The notes under the pieces were generated by a model. It did not search any database. It was not told the DNA's origin and saw only the letters and a program-made list of their open reading frames with translations. Positions 1 to 14,332 of a DNA stretch of 64,000 bases are shown here, one piece after another. A program made the translations under genes and the position numbers. The stretch spans positions 213,034,001 to 213,098,000 of the forward strand of contig NC_086097.1 of the NCBI RefSeq assembly GCF_963921235.1, read 5' to 3'. Origin of the DNA: Mobula hypostoma (Eukaryota). How positions within the stretch are numbered: the stretch's first letter is position 1; every line of letters starts with the position of its first letter.

Positions 1-206
1 CATGTCCAATCTTCACAAACTTCTGAATTGATTTTTAAACATCAGCATAATCTCATTTTAAATGAACAGAATTTGAAATGTTAATAAAAAACTAAAATTA
101 AAATTATATTCTGTATTATATAATCCTGCATATCTATAGAAACATTTAAGTTGAGCACTACAAAACAAACTAGATTCTTGTAATTGCTGAAATGAACAGT
201 AGATTT

Positions 207-266
207 TCACTTTGATGTAATGTATACTCTTGCTCGTAGGGTGTTCACCTTTGCATGCTTGCAAAT
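207..266 (-). other. Possible short terminal coding exon of an unidentified host gene (ICKHAKVNTLRARVYITSK*)
   Basis: Minus strand shows TTTTCTTTTCTTTTCAAAG (pyrimidine tract plus AG), then 19 codons and TGA in non-repetitive AT-rich DNA. Protein not recognised and no partner exon found. Confidence 0.2.
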
Positions 267-2040
267 CTTTGAAAAGAAAAGAAAACTTTGAAGTAATGGG
301 AGCATCAGAGCACAGATTACACAATATTTATCAAAATTATTATTAAGCCAGTTCACCCAAAAGTAGTCTACGTGTTAGTATCCGATCATTATGGGACAAT
401 TTCCACAAGAATGCCCACTGTTGGTCAATAATGATGTATTTAGGTATATTTTACAAATAAGCATAATGTAGCAGCAACATGTTAAAATATGGAGTGAGTC
501 ACTCACTGCCTTTAAACTGGGTTCGGGTTTCAGTCGTTGCCTTTGCACGATAAAGCAAATGAATAGAACATTGTCCTCATAGAGCAGGGTCTCAATAACT
601 AGACATTTTCTGGGTCTGTGAGTTTATACAATGAAATATCAAATTCAATCTATGTACATCATGCTCCAGTGACTGCCTGGAATGGAGTTAATATTGATGG
701 CCTTCAATATGGATCACATCATTGGGGAAATAATGTTCCATAAATGATAGTTAACAATTTCATAGAACAATTGTAACATCAAATGATAAAGCAAACTAAA
801 AATACAATTGTTCTAGCAAGAATGCACATTAGCCAAAAACAAACAAATATTGATGCATATAGTAAATTACTGTAAATTCTGGGTTAATATCATAAACTCA
901 TCAAATTCAATACATTATTGTTTTTGTGCTATATTGAGTTTTACATTATATTATGGTGGCATTCAAATCATATTAGGAAAAGAGTGTTAAGTGGCAAAGA
1001 ATTTTTAAGCTATTGATCCATACAAATGATTCTGGCCAAATCTAACAATGCATTTTATATCTGATCCAGCAATTCCACCCAAATGAAAAATAACAGGAGA
1101 ATTGTTTTGGATTTCAAGTAAGAGGAAAGACACAAATAACAAATACTAAAACAAAATTACATCCAATTCTACTTTAATAAAATCATTTGATTATTTAAAA
1201 ATTAATTAATTCCTTCCTGTATAAGATACTCATGGAAGTCAAGACAGTAACTCAATTTTTCTCAATTACATCTTATTATTTAACCAGTTCAGCTTTTCAT
1301 ATTAGCATCCTAAAGTTGACGGCCTTTACTATGAGCTGATCCTTCACTTAGGGAAACAAATCATTTGTGAATATTATCACAAGAGGGTGGTATCACAAAT
1401 TATTTTTCATGTTAAAGCATATTATAAATAAAACGTCTAGAAATTCTGGTGTGTTAATTTTCATGTGCGTCCATTATTGAGCCTTTACCATATGGGTTTT
1501 CTGCCATCCTGTGAGCATTTGAGCCACTCATGCATATGGGTAATTTATGTAGAAGCAGGTCTTCACATCACATCTGAGGCTGGCTTCGGCATAACCTGTG
1601 GGGATAACGCCAGAGCAGGTCTCCCGTTGTGGAATCCAAGTCTGAGTTTAGCAGATGGGCAATTAAACCCTGAGCAATAGCTGCTTCTTTGGCCTTCCAC
1701 CACAAACCACCCCCACCATCCATGACCTCCACTTTCCAATCAACCTAATTGTGTACCTAACCCGCTCACAGCTGTCACAGTCTGATGCTACAGCAGCCTA
1801 TTTTAACCCACACACATACCCTTTCACCCCCCCCCCACTTATACCCCTCAATACTCCTGACTTGCGAGGTTCTATCTCCCCTCTTGTTGATCAACTGTTG
1901 CTTTAACCGATCACCACTCTCTGGGCTTAATATCCCAACAAACTTCAAGTTCAACCTGTCACTGAAGTAATAAAAACAGGAAGTGCTGAAACACTCGGCA
2001 AGTCAGGTATCATCTGTGGAAAGAGCAAGAGTCAATATGT

Positions 2041-2740
2041 TAGAACATAAAACATAGAATAGTACAGCACAGTACAGGCCCTTAAGCCCACAATGTTGTG
2101 CTGACCCTCAAACCCTGCCTCCCATATAACCCCCCACCTTAAATTCCTCCATATACCTGTCCAGTAGTCTCTTAAACTTCACCAGTGTATCTGCCTCCAC
2201 CACTGACTCAGGCAGTGTATTCCACGCACCAAACACTTTCTGAGTAAAAAACCTTCCTCTAATATCCCCCTTGAACTTCCCACCTTAAAGCCATGTCCCC
2301 TTGTATTGAGCGGTGATGCCCTGGGGAAGAGGCTCTGGCTATCCACTCTATCTATTCCTCTTATTATCTTGTACACCTCTATCATGTCTCCTCTCATTCT
2401 CCTTCTCTCCAAAGAGTAAAACCCCAGCTCCCTTAATCTCTGATCATAATGCATACTCTCTAAACCAGGCAGCATCCTGGTAAATCTCCTCTGTACCCTT
2501 TCCAATGCTTCCACATCCTTCCTATAGTGAGGCGACCAGAAATGGACGCAGTACTCCAAGTGTGGCCTAACCAGAGTTTTACAGAGCTGCATCATTACAT
2601 CACGACTCTTAAACTCTATCCCTTGACTTATGAAAGCTAACACCCCGTAAGCTTTCTTAACTACCCTATCCACCTGTGAGGCAACTTTCAGGGATCTGTG
2701 GACATGTACCCTGAGATCCCTCTGCTTCTCCACACTACCT
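2041..2740 (-). mobile_element. CR1 LINE, 5'-truncated 3' fragment
   Basis: ORF 2179-2805 has CR1 ORF2 C-terminal motifs (LVRPHLEYC..WSP, LERVQRRFTRM, RGDMIEVYKI); (TTCTATG)-type tail at ~2041-2060. Confidence 0.9.
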
Positions 2741-3420
2741 TTAGCATATTGGGTCCAGGTCCCTTCCTCAGAACTGGGAAAGAAAGAAAACAAGTTAGTT
2801 TTCAACAGCAGAGAAGATGGGAAAAGATAGGTAAAATAGAAAATACCTCTAAAGTAATAGGACCAAATTGGCTAAATGCAGGAGTTAAAGAAAGATTCCG
2901 AGGTACATTTATGTGTGGCAATTGTGAAGCTGAGCAAGCAGCCGGACTTTACCAAAAGAAAAAGAAAAAACTGAGTCGAAATTAAAAACAGTGCAGATGC
3001 TGAAATCCCCTAAAAAAAAAGCTAAGATGTTGGAAATACCCGTCTTTGGGAAGAAAAATAACTTTTTTTCTCTTTCTTAGTTCTGACAGTCTTCAATTTG
3101 AAATGTTAATTCTGTTTCTCTTCCACCTGATGCTACCTGAACTACTGAACATTTCCAGCATTTTCTGTGCATTTTAACCAAAATAATAACATGTAAAAAC
3201 AAACAGTTCTGATACAGAAAGAAAAAAATGAGTTACCTAAAGAATTACAACAACATAGTCCAGAATTTGATAATATGTGTGAAAGACAGCTAATATAAGC
3301 TTGAGGAAGAACACTTCATCTTCTGCCTCTGCCTCTGGCCTTATTTTGCAATTTTCAAACTTGAGGGAACATTCTTTTTGGTTTGAAATATTGCAGAATA
3401 TTGGTAGCTCAGGCTGGCTA

Positions 3421-3800
3421 TTTGGAAGTTTGGTTGATCGCTGAGCTTGGCAAAATGTTTGCAGACATTTTATCTCCAGTCAAGAAGCCATCATCAATGC
3501 GCAGTTGAGGATGTTATCTCCTCAGAATTGGCGAGCTCCAAGCAAAGCAAACACAAAATGGACTTCCCTCAAAGCTAGCCAATCAGAATGTTCTACTGCT
3601 AAACTGTTCACAGTGTTTTGAACTGGCCAGCCAGATCACAAAGCCTAATCACTATCTATTCGGACCCCAGAGGAGCATGTATATAAGCCAGCATTCTGAG
3701 GAGGCACCACCCTCGACCGCACATTGATGATGGTTTCTCGATTGGAGATAAAACATCTGCATGCGTTTTGCCAAGCTCGGCGATCAGCCAAACTCCAAAA
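3421..3800. mobile_element. Penelope-like terminal-repeat remnant as an inverted pair with degenerate hammerhead motifs
   Basis: ~108-bp imperfect inverted arms at 3421-3528 and 3693-3800; each has TTGATGA-stem-(t)AAAA-(c/t)(a/g)TC, resembling CTGATGA...GAAACGTC. Confidence 0.6.
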
Positions 3801-3807
3801 TTCATTC

Positions 3808-4432
3808 TGGTGGTCAAAGAACACTGAGGCTGTCTATAAGAAGGGTCAGAGCCATCTATTTCCTGAGGAGACTGAGGTCCTTTAACATCTGCCGGACGAT
3901 GCTGAGGATGTTCTACAAGTCTGTGGTGGCCAGTGCTATCATGTTTGCTGTTGTGTGCTGGGGCAGCAGGCTGAGGGTAGCAGACACCAACAGAATCAAC
4001 AAACTCATTCGTAAGGCCAGTGAAGTTGTGGGGATGGAACTGGACTCTCTCACGGTGGTGTCTGAAAAGAGGATGCTGTCTAAGTTGCATGCCATCTTGG
4101 ACAATGTCTCCCATCCACTACATAATGTACTGGGTGGGCACAGGAGTACATTCAGCCAGAGACTCATTCTACCGAGATGCAGCACAGAGCGTCATAGGAA
4201 GTCATTCCTGCCTGTGGCCATCAAACTTTACAACTCCACCCTTGGAGGGTCAGATGCCCTGAGCCAATAGGCTGGTCCTGGACTTATTTCATAATTTACT
4301 GGCATAATTTACATATTACTATTTAAATATTTATGGTTTTATTACTATTTATTATTTATGGTGCAACTGTAACAAAAACCAATTTCCCCCGGGATCAATA
4401 AAGTATGACTATGACTATGACTATGACTATGA
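3808..4432 (+). mobile_element. Rex1/Babar-type LINE 3' fragment
   Basis: ORF 3761-4270 (YFLRRLRSFNIC...HPLH...RKSFLPVAIKLYN); AATAAA and (ATGACT)n tail; near-identical to the 3' end of the 40294-42872 copy. Confidence 0.88.
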
Positions 4433-5294
4433 AATGGCCATCACTGACTGTCATTTTGTGGTTCAACTTTTGTTTCTCCATTTGTATGGTCTGTATGGCT
4501 GGTCATGTTCCATAGCCTTGTTATTGGCAACACACTGCTTAGGCAAAGAAGTATAATGTACTTCCGGCTGCTAATTCTATTGCTATATTAAATCATTTGG
4601 TCCCTTTTTGTCCCACCCATCCCTCCCCGATCTTCTCTGACACTCAAACCTAACTTGTTTTATCTTTTATCCACTTTCAATAAAATGACCTTAAACATAA
4701 ATGTGAATAGTTTCTCATTCCCCAGATGCTGTCCGATCTGCTGAGTGTTTCCAGCATTTTCTGTTTTTATTTTTTATATCCAGCATCTGTATTTCTTTCA
4801 CTCCCTACAATGTGCTTTCTTTTGTTTACTCTGCAATACTGAAGTGAACAAAATCCTGGCATTGCATTATTTGCATATTGCCTGTTCAATACCTCAGAAA
4901 ATATAGTCAATTTGTTCTACTTTACCACACTTCAAATGGCACTTCGTAAGTCCATTACAAAATGTTATGAATCTTTTTGTGGATGAGTACTGATTACACC
5001 TTGCTCGCCCTGTCTTGATACTCACCTGCCGTGTAACAAGGTAAATAACATTGCAATGCTTCACCCTTTCAACAGTTAGTTCATTTTACCAAATCAATAT
5101 AATTATGGTGACCAGCATGATCACACTGCTGTGTTTGCAGTCTGTGCTGGAATGCAAATCCAGATCAAATATTTTACATTTCCAGAAACAATAGGCTTTC
5201 CTATATGAAACAACAGAATTACATTTAATTAGACTTAAGCACAACATTGCAAAATAGTGAAGAAATAAGGTAACGGCAGGTTATAATTCATTTG

Positions 5295-5745
5295 TCACTG
5301 AAACACAGGCAGGTAGGCTGAGGGGGTGGAGTGACTCAGTTGTGCTCCAAGCCCATAATCTTCGAACCTTTTTAACACAATCTTGAGGTTTTGGAGATGT
5401 TGCTCGTCATCCTTACTGGTAACAATGATGTCATCTAGATCACACTGAGTGCCTGGACAGCCTTGCAGCACCTGGTTCATAGCTTTCTGCTGGAGTGCAG
5501 CTGTAGATACTATTTCAAAAACAACCCTATTATAGCAATAAAGCCCTTTGTGAGTGTTTATGGTGAGAAACACTTTGGTCTCTTCTTCCATCTCCATCTG
5601 TAGGTAGGCCTCAGCTAAGTCCACTTTGCTGAAGTATTTCCCTCCAGAACGGTTTGCAAAGATGTCCTCTATCCTGGGCAGTGGGTATTGATCTACTTTC
5701 AGTATTGGGTTGACATTGATCTTAAAATCATCATTGATCCTTACA
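5295..5745 (-). mobile_element. Ty3/Gypsy (Mag-type) RT fragment
   Basis: ORF 5295-5762: YPLPRIEDIF, FSKVDLAEAYLQ, LDDIIV; same family as the RT at 57253-57543. Confidence 0.85.
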
Positions 5746-7080
5746 GTGCAGAGAAAATTCACAAGGATGTTTCCAGATCTGGAGGACTTGAGTTATAAGG
5801 AAAGATTGAATAGGTTAGGACTGTATTCTTTAGAATGTAGAAGACTGAGAGGAGATTTGATGGAGCTGTACAAAATTATGAGGGTTATAGATAGGGTAAA
5901 TGCAAGCAGGCTTTTTCCCCTGAGGTCTCTTTGTTCCACTGAGGAATACAACCGGAGACCATGAGTTAAGACATAGAAATAGACAGATAGATATTTCATT
6001 GATCCCAAAAGAAATTACACTGTCACAATAGCATTACAAGTGCACAGATATAAAAATATTAGAACAGTAGTTCTCATATGCAGGGAGTGCATTTTGGAGC
6101 AGCTCAGTCGGCTTAGTCTATTACTAAAAGTGCTCCTCTGTTCAGTCAGGGTGGCATGCAGAGGGTGAGAAACATTGTTGAGAATTGCCAGGATTTTCCG
6201 TAGGGTCCTTTGTTCTACCACAACCTCCAGTGTATCCAGTTTGACTCCTATAACAGAGCCAGCCTTTCTAAACAGTTTATTGGGCCTGTTGGCATCACCC
6301 GTGTTGACGCCATTACCACAGCACACCTCCGCATAGAAGATTGTACTGGCAACAACAGACTGGTAGAACATCTGAAGGAGAGGCCTGCATACTCCAAAGG
6401 ACTTCAGCCTCCTTCGGAAGTAGAGGCGACTCTGGCCCTTCTTGTACACAGCCTCTGTGTTGGTGCTCCACTCAAATCCGCAATCCAGATGCTTGTAGGT
6501 CCTCAGCACATCCATGTCCTCACCATCAATAGTAACAGGGAGCAGTGCAGGCTTAGTCTTCCTAAAGTCCCTCACCTTTGTCTTACTGATGTTGAGCTGC
6601 AGATGATTCAGCTTGCACCATTTGACCCTGTATTCATCCTCATGTCCTCCATTTACATACCCAACTATTGCTGAGGCATCAGAGAAGTTCTGCAGATGGC
6701 ATGGCTCAGTGTTGTACCTAAAGTCTGAGGTATATAGGGTAAGTGGAAAGAAAGCCAATACAATCCACTGTGGGGCCTCAGTGCTGCTTAGAGTTAAGGG
6801 TGAAAGGTGAGAAGTTTAAGAGGAACATGAGGGAAACATTTTCACTCGGAAGGTTGTGACAGTGTGGAATGAGCTGCCAGAGCAAGTGGTGCACATGAGC
6901 TTAATTTTAATATTTAAGAGAAGTTTGGATAGGTACATGGATAGCAGGAATGGGGGTGGAGGGGAGGGAAGGTTATGGTCCTGGAGCAGGTCAATGAGAG
7001 TAGGCAGTTTAAATGTTTTTGGCATGGACTAGATGGGCCGAAAGGCCTGTTTCTGTGCTGTAGTTCTCTACGACTCTCTG
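5745..7080 (+). mobile_element. CR1 3' fragment split by a Rex1 insertion
   Basis: VQRKFTRM...RGDLMELYKIM at 5745-5970; sequence resumes at 6791 and runs to a CR1-type 3' end near 7080. Confidence 0.8.
5971..6790 (-). mobile_element. Rex1/Babar-type LINE fragment (RT C-half) with 8-bp TSD
   Basis: ORF 6015-6758 (HLQNFSDASAIVG, GQSRLYFRRRLKSF); TSD GAGTTAAG at 5963-5970 and 6791-6798. Confidence 0.85.
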
Positions 7081-10075
7081 AAGCAATGATAGTTATGGGT
7101 GATTTCAATATTCAGGTAGATTGGAAAACTCAGGTTGATGCTCGATCCCAAGAGACAGAATCTGTAGAATGCCTATGATGTGACTTTAGAATGGGTTGTT
7201 GTTGAGCCAACTAAGGGATTAGCCATTCTGGATTGGGTGTTGTGTAATGAACTGATTTTGATTAGGGAGCGTAAGGTAAATGAACACTTAGGAGGCAATG
7301 ATCATAATATGATTGAATTAAATCTGAGGTTTCAGAGGGATAAGCTAATGTCAGGTGTATCAGTATTACAGAGGCATAAGAGAGGAGCTTGCCAAAGTTG
7401 ATTGGAAGAGAACATGAGAAGGGATGACAGCAGAGCAGCAATGGCTGGAGATTTTGAGACCAATAGGAAGGAAGTACAGTATACTAAAGGCAGGATGGTG
7501 GAACCGTGGCTGACAAGGGAAGTCAAAGCCAACATAAAAGCAAAAGATAGGGCATATAATAGAGCAAAAATTAGTGGGAAGTTAGAGGGTTGGGAAACTT
7601 TTAAAAACCACCAGAAGGCAGCTAAAAAAGTCATAAGGGAGAAAAAGATGAAATACGAAGGTAAGCTAGCCAACAAAATGAAAGAGGAGACCAAGTGTTT
7701 TATAAAGAGTAAAAGAGGGGCGAGAGTAGATACTGGACCATTGAAAAATGACACTGGAGAGTTAGTAGTAGGGGACGAGAAAATGGTGGATGAATTGAGT
7801 AAGTATTTTGCATCAGTCTTCACTGTGGAAGACATTAGCAGTATGCTGGAATTTTGAGAGTGTCAGGGGCAGAAGTGAGCATAGTTGTACTACTAGGGAG
7901 AAGGTGCCTAGGAATCTGAAAGATCTGGATGTAGATAGGTGATCTGAACTAGATGGACTGCACCTCAGGGTTCTGAAATAGTTAGCTAAGGAGTTTGTGG
8001 AAGCATTATTAATGATCTTTCAATAATCTCTAGATTCTGGCATGGTTCTGGAAGACTAGAAAATTCTGAATGTCCCTCCACTCTTCAAAAAGGGAGAGAA
8101 GCAGAAGAAATGAAATTATAGGCCAGTTAGCCTGACTTCAATAGTTGGATTTGATTTTTAAAGATATGTCTCTGAGGATCTCACCTGGTTCCAAGATATT
8201 GATGCAGCTATAAAGAAGGCAAACAGTGGCTATATTTCATTAGGAGTTTGAGGAGATTTGGTTTGTCACCTAAAACACTCAAATACTTCTACAGATGTAC
8301 CATGGATAGCATGCTGACAGGCTATATCACTGTCTGGTATGGGGGCAGGAAGGCCACTGCACGGGATTGTAAGAAGCTACAGAAAGTTGTAAGATTACTC
8401 AGCTCCATCATGGGTACTAGCCTCCATTGTATCCAAGACATCTTCAGAAAGTAGTACCTCAGAAAGGTGGCATCCAATGTTAAGGATCCTCATCACCCAG
8501 GACATGCCCTCTTCTCATTGCTGCCATCGGGAAAGTGGTACAGAAGCCTACTGTCAGCAATTCAAGAACAGCACCCTTCCCTCTGCCATCTGATTTCTAA
8601 ACAGACCTTGAACCATAAATACTACCTCACGTTTTTTTTTACTACTTTATATATATTTTCTGTAATTGATTGATGGATTGGTTTATTTATTTATGTGCTT
8701 CTCCGTACTGATCATGCATTGCATGGTACTGCTGCCGTAAAGTTAACAAAGTTCACGACATACACTGGTGATATTCAACCCGATTCTGATATGGTTTTGG
8801 GGTACTTAGAGGCAAGTGATAAAACAGGCCAAAGTCAGCATGATTTCCTTAAGGGAAAATCTTGCATGACAAATCTATTGGAATTCTTTGACGAAATAAC
8901 AAGCAGGATAGACAAAGGAGAGGCAGTGAATGTTGTGTACTTGGATTTTCTGAAGGCCTTTGACAAGGTGCCACACATGAGGCTGTTTAACAAGTTAAGA
9001 GCCCATGGTATTACAGGAAGGATACAAGCATGAATAGAGTATTGGCTGATTGACAGGAGACAAAGTGTGGGAATAAAATGGCTGCTGGTGACTACTGGTG
9101 TGCTGCCGAGGGATTGCTTCTTTCATGCTTTCTTGTCAATGCTTCACATGACAGAATTGATTGCTTTTTGGCCAAGTTTGAAGATAATATGAAGATAGGT
9201 GGAGGGGCAGGTAGTGTTGAGAAAGCAGGGAGGCTGCAGAAGTACTTAGACAGATTAGGAGAATTGGCAAAGAAATATCAAATGGAATACAGTGTCAGGA
9301 AGTGTATGGTCTTGCACTTTGATAGAAAGAATAAAAGCATAGACTATTTTCTAAGCAGGAGAAAATTCCAAACTACAAGATGCAAAGGGACATGGAAGTC
9401 CCAGTGCAGGATTCTCTGAAGTTTAATTTGCAGGTTGACTTGATGGTGACAAAGACAAATGCAATGTTGGCATTCATTTCAAGAGCACTAGAATATAAGA
9501 GCAAGTCGGTAATGCAGAGGTTTTATAAGGCATTGGTCAGACTGCACGGAGTATTGTGAGCAGTTTTGGACCCATTATCAAAGATGTTCTGGCATTGGAG
9601 TGGGTCCAGAGGAGGTTCACGAGAATGGTTTGGGGGGATGAAAAAGTTAATGTATGAGGAGTGTTGATGGCTCTGGGCTTGTAGTCACCGGAGTTTAGAA
9701 CAATGAGGTGGGATCTCATTGAAACCTATCGAATATTGAAAGGCTGAGACAGAGTGGATGCAGAGAGGATGTAGTGGTGAATCTAGAATCAGAGGGCACA
9801 GCCTCAGAATAGAAGGATGTCTATTTAGAACGGAGATGAGAAGGAATATCGTGGCCAGAGGGCGGTGAGTCAGTGGGAGTCATTGCCACAGACAGCTGTG
9901 GTACCAAATCATTCAGTATATATAAAGCAAAATTTCATAGGTCTGTGGTTAGTCAGTGTGTCAAAGGTTAGAGGGAAATGGGGTTGAGAAGGAAAATAAA
10001 TCAGCTAGGATGGAATGGCAGAACAGACTCAACAGGTCAAAGTGGCCTAATTCTGCTCCTGCGTCTTGTGGTTCA
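7081..10075 (+). mobile_element. Degenerate CR1 LINE ORF2
   Basis: Broken ORFs with MGDFN, KGKSCMTNLLEFF, VYLDFLKAFDKVPH; CR1-type 3' end near 10070. Confidence 0.85.
8165..8790 (+). mobile_element. Rex1/Babar-related LINE 3' fragment nested in CR1
   Basis: RRFGLSPKTL..FYRC, KDPHHPGHALFSLLPSG; GATTCTGAT tail; related copies at 46030-46695 and 51170-51629. Confidence 0.75.
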
Positions 10076-13000
10076 GATACATGCCACAAGGGCAACATTA
10101 TTGGCTGATCTGAACATTAAACCCTTGTCCTTGCTTCTGCTTTGCATCCCTTGCCATCATTACCAGACTAAAGCCCATGACACTCTAAAAGGATTTAATA
10201 TTTTCAGTCCACAATCTTTCATCATGACAGTTAACTCTGTTTCTCTCTTCACAAGATAAAGGCCCCTGATTTACTTAGGAATAAGGAGCTTATCTCTCGC
10301 TTTAAGATCATGTAGTTGTGATTTATCTTAATTTTGGTGTGCAAAGTTCATCACAAGCCTCCACAACTCACACTGTTACATCTGTCTCAAAATACTATGA
10401 CTTGCCGGCAGCGTCGTCCTTTTAAGATGTATTTATGTTACTCCACTAAGGGAAGAAATCAATGAGAGGGATGAATCTATAAGGGGTGAAAGGGGGACCT
10501 CCTGAGCCTGAAGAAGGGGCTCGGCCCAAAACGTGGACTGTTTATTCATTTCCATAGATGCTGCCTGACCTGCTGAGTTCCTTCAGCATTTTCTGTGTGT
10601 TTCTATCAGAGTTCTGTGCCCAAACGTTAGAATAATGTGTTCATAATCCAAAGCTCCAGAAACATACTGTACTCGCCACAAGTCTGAGGCTCCTTGAATG
10701 ATGAACAAAAGTAGAAACCATCATCCGTAGTCACATTGCAATTAAGTAAACGTTTCTCACTCTCTGACCAACCAGCAAGGCACTAGTGAGGGAAAGGGTG
10801 GGAAGAATGCTTGCTTCTAAAGAAAGCATTTCCATTTCAGCATGAGCTTCTAACATGCTAAAGCTGCTGTGATGAAGCATTATGTTGAACACTGTGCCTG
10901 TCTTCTGGTATGAATTATATATCTTGCAGGAAATTCAGATCAATGTTCGATGCCATTGTGACATCAGAAATGTCAGTGTACGTTTTTTCCATTCATTCTT
11001 CCACTGCACGCTGGGCTATCTGTGGTTCAAGTGGTTATAGTAAGCATATGGAAGTGTTGACTAATCTGCATGACATATATGCAGACACTAGAAGGATAAA
11101 ATAAAATGTGGAAATATTTTGACGAAATTTATTTCCCTTTAACATAGAACAAAACTCCTACATTACATCTAATGGTGATAATTTGAGATCGGTCACACTC
11201 ATTTTTGGAAAGCTGTGAGGTTGCCCAGATGCACAGTAAACATCCACTGGATACTGGATCATTGATTTGATGTCACACCACTATTTTGAAGTTCAGAGCT
11301 TCCAAGTGATGTCCTCTTTTAATCTTGTTTGGCTGAACACACAGTTGTTACCAACATTTATGTCTGCTACAAAGGTCAACAAAGCTTTTAAGTGTAAGTT
11401 GATTTTCTTCTGTCTGTGCTTAGTGCTTTCTATATTTCTTCCATGAATCTGAAACCTCCAGGAAACTGTGTGATAATTGAAGGATACCTTGGTGGGTTCA
11501 ATGATTTTGCAGGAATCAGTGGCTTTCAGAAGTAGATGATTTACTCAGCAGAAAAACAGGGACACATTGAGGTGATTTGGCAGGTAATTGTGTCGCTGAG
11601 AAGCTGGTGCAGGGGGCAGGGTTTCAGGTTCTTGGATCATTGGGATCTCTTCTGGGGGAGGTATGACCTGTACAAAAGGGATGGGTTGCACCTGAACCTG
11701 GGCAGGACCAATATTCTCATGGGCAGGTTTGTTAGAGCTGTTGGGGAGGGTTTAATCTAATTTGGCAGGGGGTTGGGAACCGGAATGGGGGAATCAGGAT
11801 AGGATGGATGGTAAAAAAGCAAAGATAGCATGCAGTCAGACTGTCAGAAAGGACAGGCAGATGATTGGACAAAATTGTAGCAGCAGGATAAGTGCCAGTT
11901 CATTAGGGGTGCAGAATCAAAAAGGGTAGCAAATAAAGCACTCAAAGTGTCATATCTCAATGCATAGAGTATAAGAAATAAGGTGAATGATCTTGTTGCA
12001 CTTTTACAGATTGTTGGGTATGATGTTGTAGCTATCACTGAATCATGGCTGAAGGATGGTTGTAGTTGTGAGCTGAATATCCTAGGTTACACTTTGAGTT
12101 GGAGGAATAGGAAGGTAGGCATTGCAAGTGGCGTGGCTCTGCTGGTGAAGAATGGCATCAAATCAGTAGAAAGATGTGACATAGGATTGGGATATGTTGA
12201 ATCCTTGTGGGTTGAGTTAAGAAACTGCAAGGGTAAAAGGACCATGATGGCAGTTATATACAGGCCCCCCAACAGTTTCTGAGATGTGGGCCACAGATTA
12301 CAATGGGAAATAGAAAAGACATGTCAAAAGGGCAATGTTGTGATAGTCATTTGAGATTTTAACTTGCAGGTCGATTGGGAAAATCAGGTTAGTAATGGAT
12401 CTCAAGAAAGTGAGTTTGTTGATACCTACAAGATGACTATTTAAAGCAATTTGTCATTGAGCCTACTAGGGGATCAGCTAGACTGATTGTGTAATGAATT
12501 GCGGCATTTAGGGAGCCCTTAGAAGCCAGTGATCACAATAGGATTGAATTTACCTTGAAATTTGATAGGGAGAAAGTTAAGTCCGATGCAGCAGTATTTC
12601 AGTGGAGTAAAGGAAATTACAGTGGTATGAGAGATGAGTTGGTCAAAGTAAATTGGAAGGAGCCGCTAGCAGGAATGACAGCAGAGCAACAATGGCTTGA
12701 GGTCCTGGGAAAAATGAGAAAGGTGCAGGACAGATGAATTCCAAAGACGAAGAAATGCTCAAATGGCAAAATAGTACTACCATAGCTAACTAAACTAATG
12801 TAAAAACAAAAGAGAGGACATACAACAAAGCGAAAATTAGCAGGAAGATTTTAAAAACCTACAGAGAGCAGCTAAAAAAATCATTAGAAGGGAAAAGATG
12901 AAATATGAAAGCAAGCTAGCAAACAATATCAAAGCAGATAGTAAAAGGTTTTACAAGTATGTAAAAAATAAAAGAGAGATAAGAATGGATATAGGACCGC

Positions 13001-14332
13001 TATAAAATGAGGCCAGAGAAATAATAACAAGGACATAGCAGATGAATTAAATAAATATTTTGCATCAGTCTTAGCTGTGGAAGACTCTGGCAGTGTGCCA
13101 GATGTGGTAGTGTGTGAAGAAAGAGAAGTGTGTGCAGTTACTGGTACAAGGGAGAAGGTGCTCAAAAAGCTGAAAGACCCAAGGGTACATACGTCACCTG
13201 GACCAACTGAACTACACCTTAGGATTCTGAAAGAGGAAACAGTAGAGATTGTGGAGGCATTGGCAATGATCTTTCAAAAAGAATAAAGGCAGCAGAAAGG
13301 AAAGTTAGCCTGACGTCAGTTGCTGGGAAGAGGTTGGAGTCAATTGTTAAGGATAAGGTTATGAGTACTTGGTGACACTGGACAAGATAGGACAAAGTCA
13401 GCATGGTTTCCTTAAGGAAAATCTTGCCTGGCAAACCTGTTGGAATACTTTGAGGGGCTTACAAGTAGGACAGAGAAGGGAATGTAGTCAATGTTATATA
13501 TCTGGACTTACAGAAGGCCTTTGACAAGGTGCAATACTTGAGGCTGCTTACCAAGCTAAGAGACCATGGTATTACAAGAAAGTTACTAACATGGTTAGAG
13601 CATGGCTGATTGGTAGAAGGCAGCGAGTGGGAGTAAAAGGATTCTTTTCTGTCAGTGACTAGTGGTGTTCCGCAGGGGTCGGTGTTAGGACCACTTGTTT
13701 TATGCTGTATATCAATAATTTAGATGATGGAATAGGTGGCTTTGTTGCCAGGTTTGCAGATGATACAAAGATTGGTGGAGGGAACGGTAGTGTTGAGGAA
13801 ACAGGTAGGCTGCAGAAGGACAGACAATCTAGGAGAATGGGCAAGAAAGCGACAAATGAAATACGATGTTGGAAATTGCAGAGTAATGCACTTTTGTAGT
13901 AGAGATAAATATGCAGACTACTTTCTGAATGGGGAGAAAATCCAAAAATCTGAGATGCAAGGAGACTTGGGAGTCCTTGTGCAAAACACCCTAAACATTA
14001 ACTTGCAGGTTGAGTTGGTGGTGAAGAAGGCAAATGCCATGTTAGCATTCAATTCAAAAGATCTTGAACACAAGAGCAGGGATGTGATGCTGAGGCTTTA
14101 TAAGACACTGGCGAGGCCTCACCTTGAGTATTATGAACAGTTTTGGGCTCTTGATCTAAGAAAAGATATGCTGGCATTGGAGAGGGTCCAGAGGAGGTTC
14201 ACAAGGATGATTCTAGGAATGAAAGGATTATCACACGAAGAACATTTGATGGGTCTATACTTGCTAGAATTTAGAAGGATAAAGGTGGATCTCATTGAAA
14301 CCTTCTGAATAGACAAAGTAGATATGGAAAGG

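Noticed and set aside
58..324. 88-aa minus-strand ORF as a gene
   Set aside because: No recognisable motif and no ATG start; it crosses the candidate splice acceptor in a different frame.
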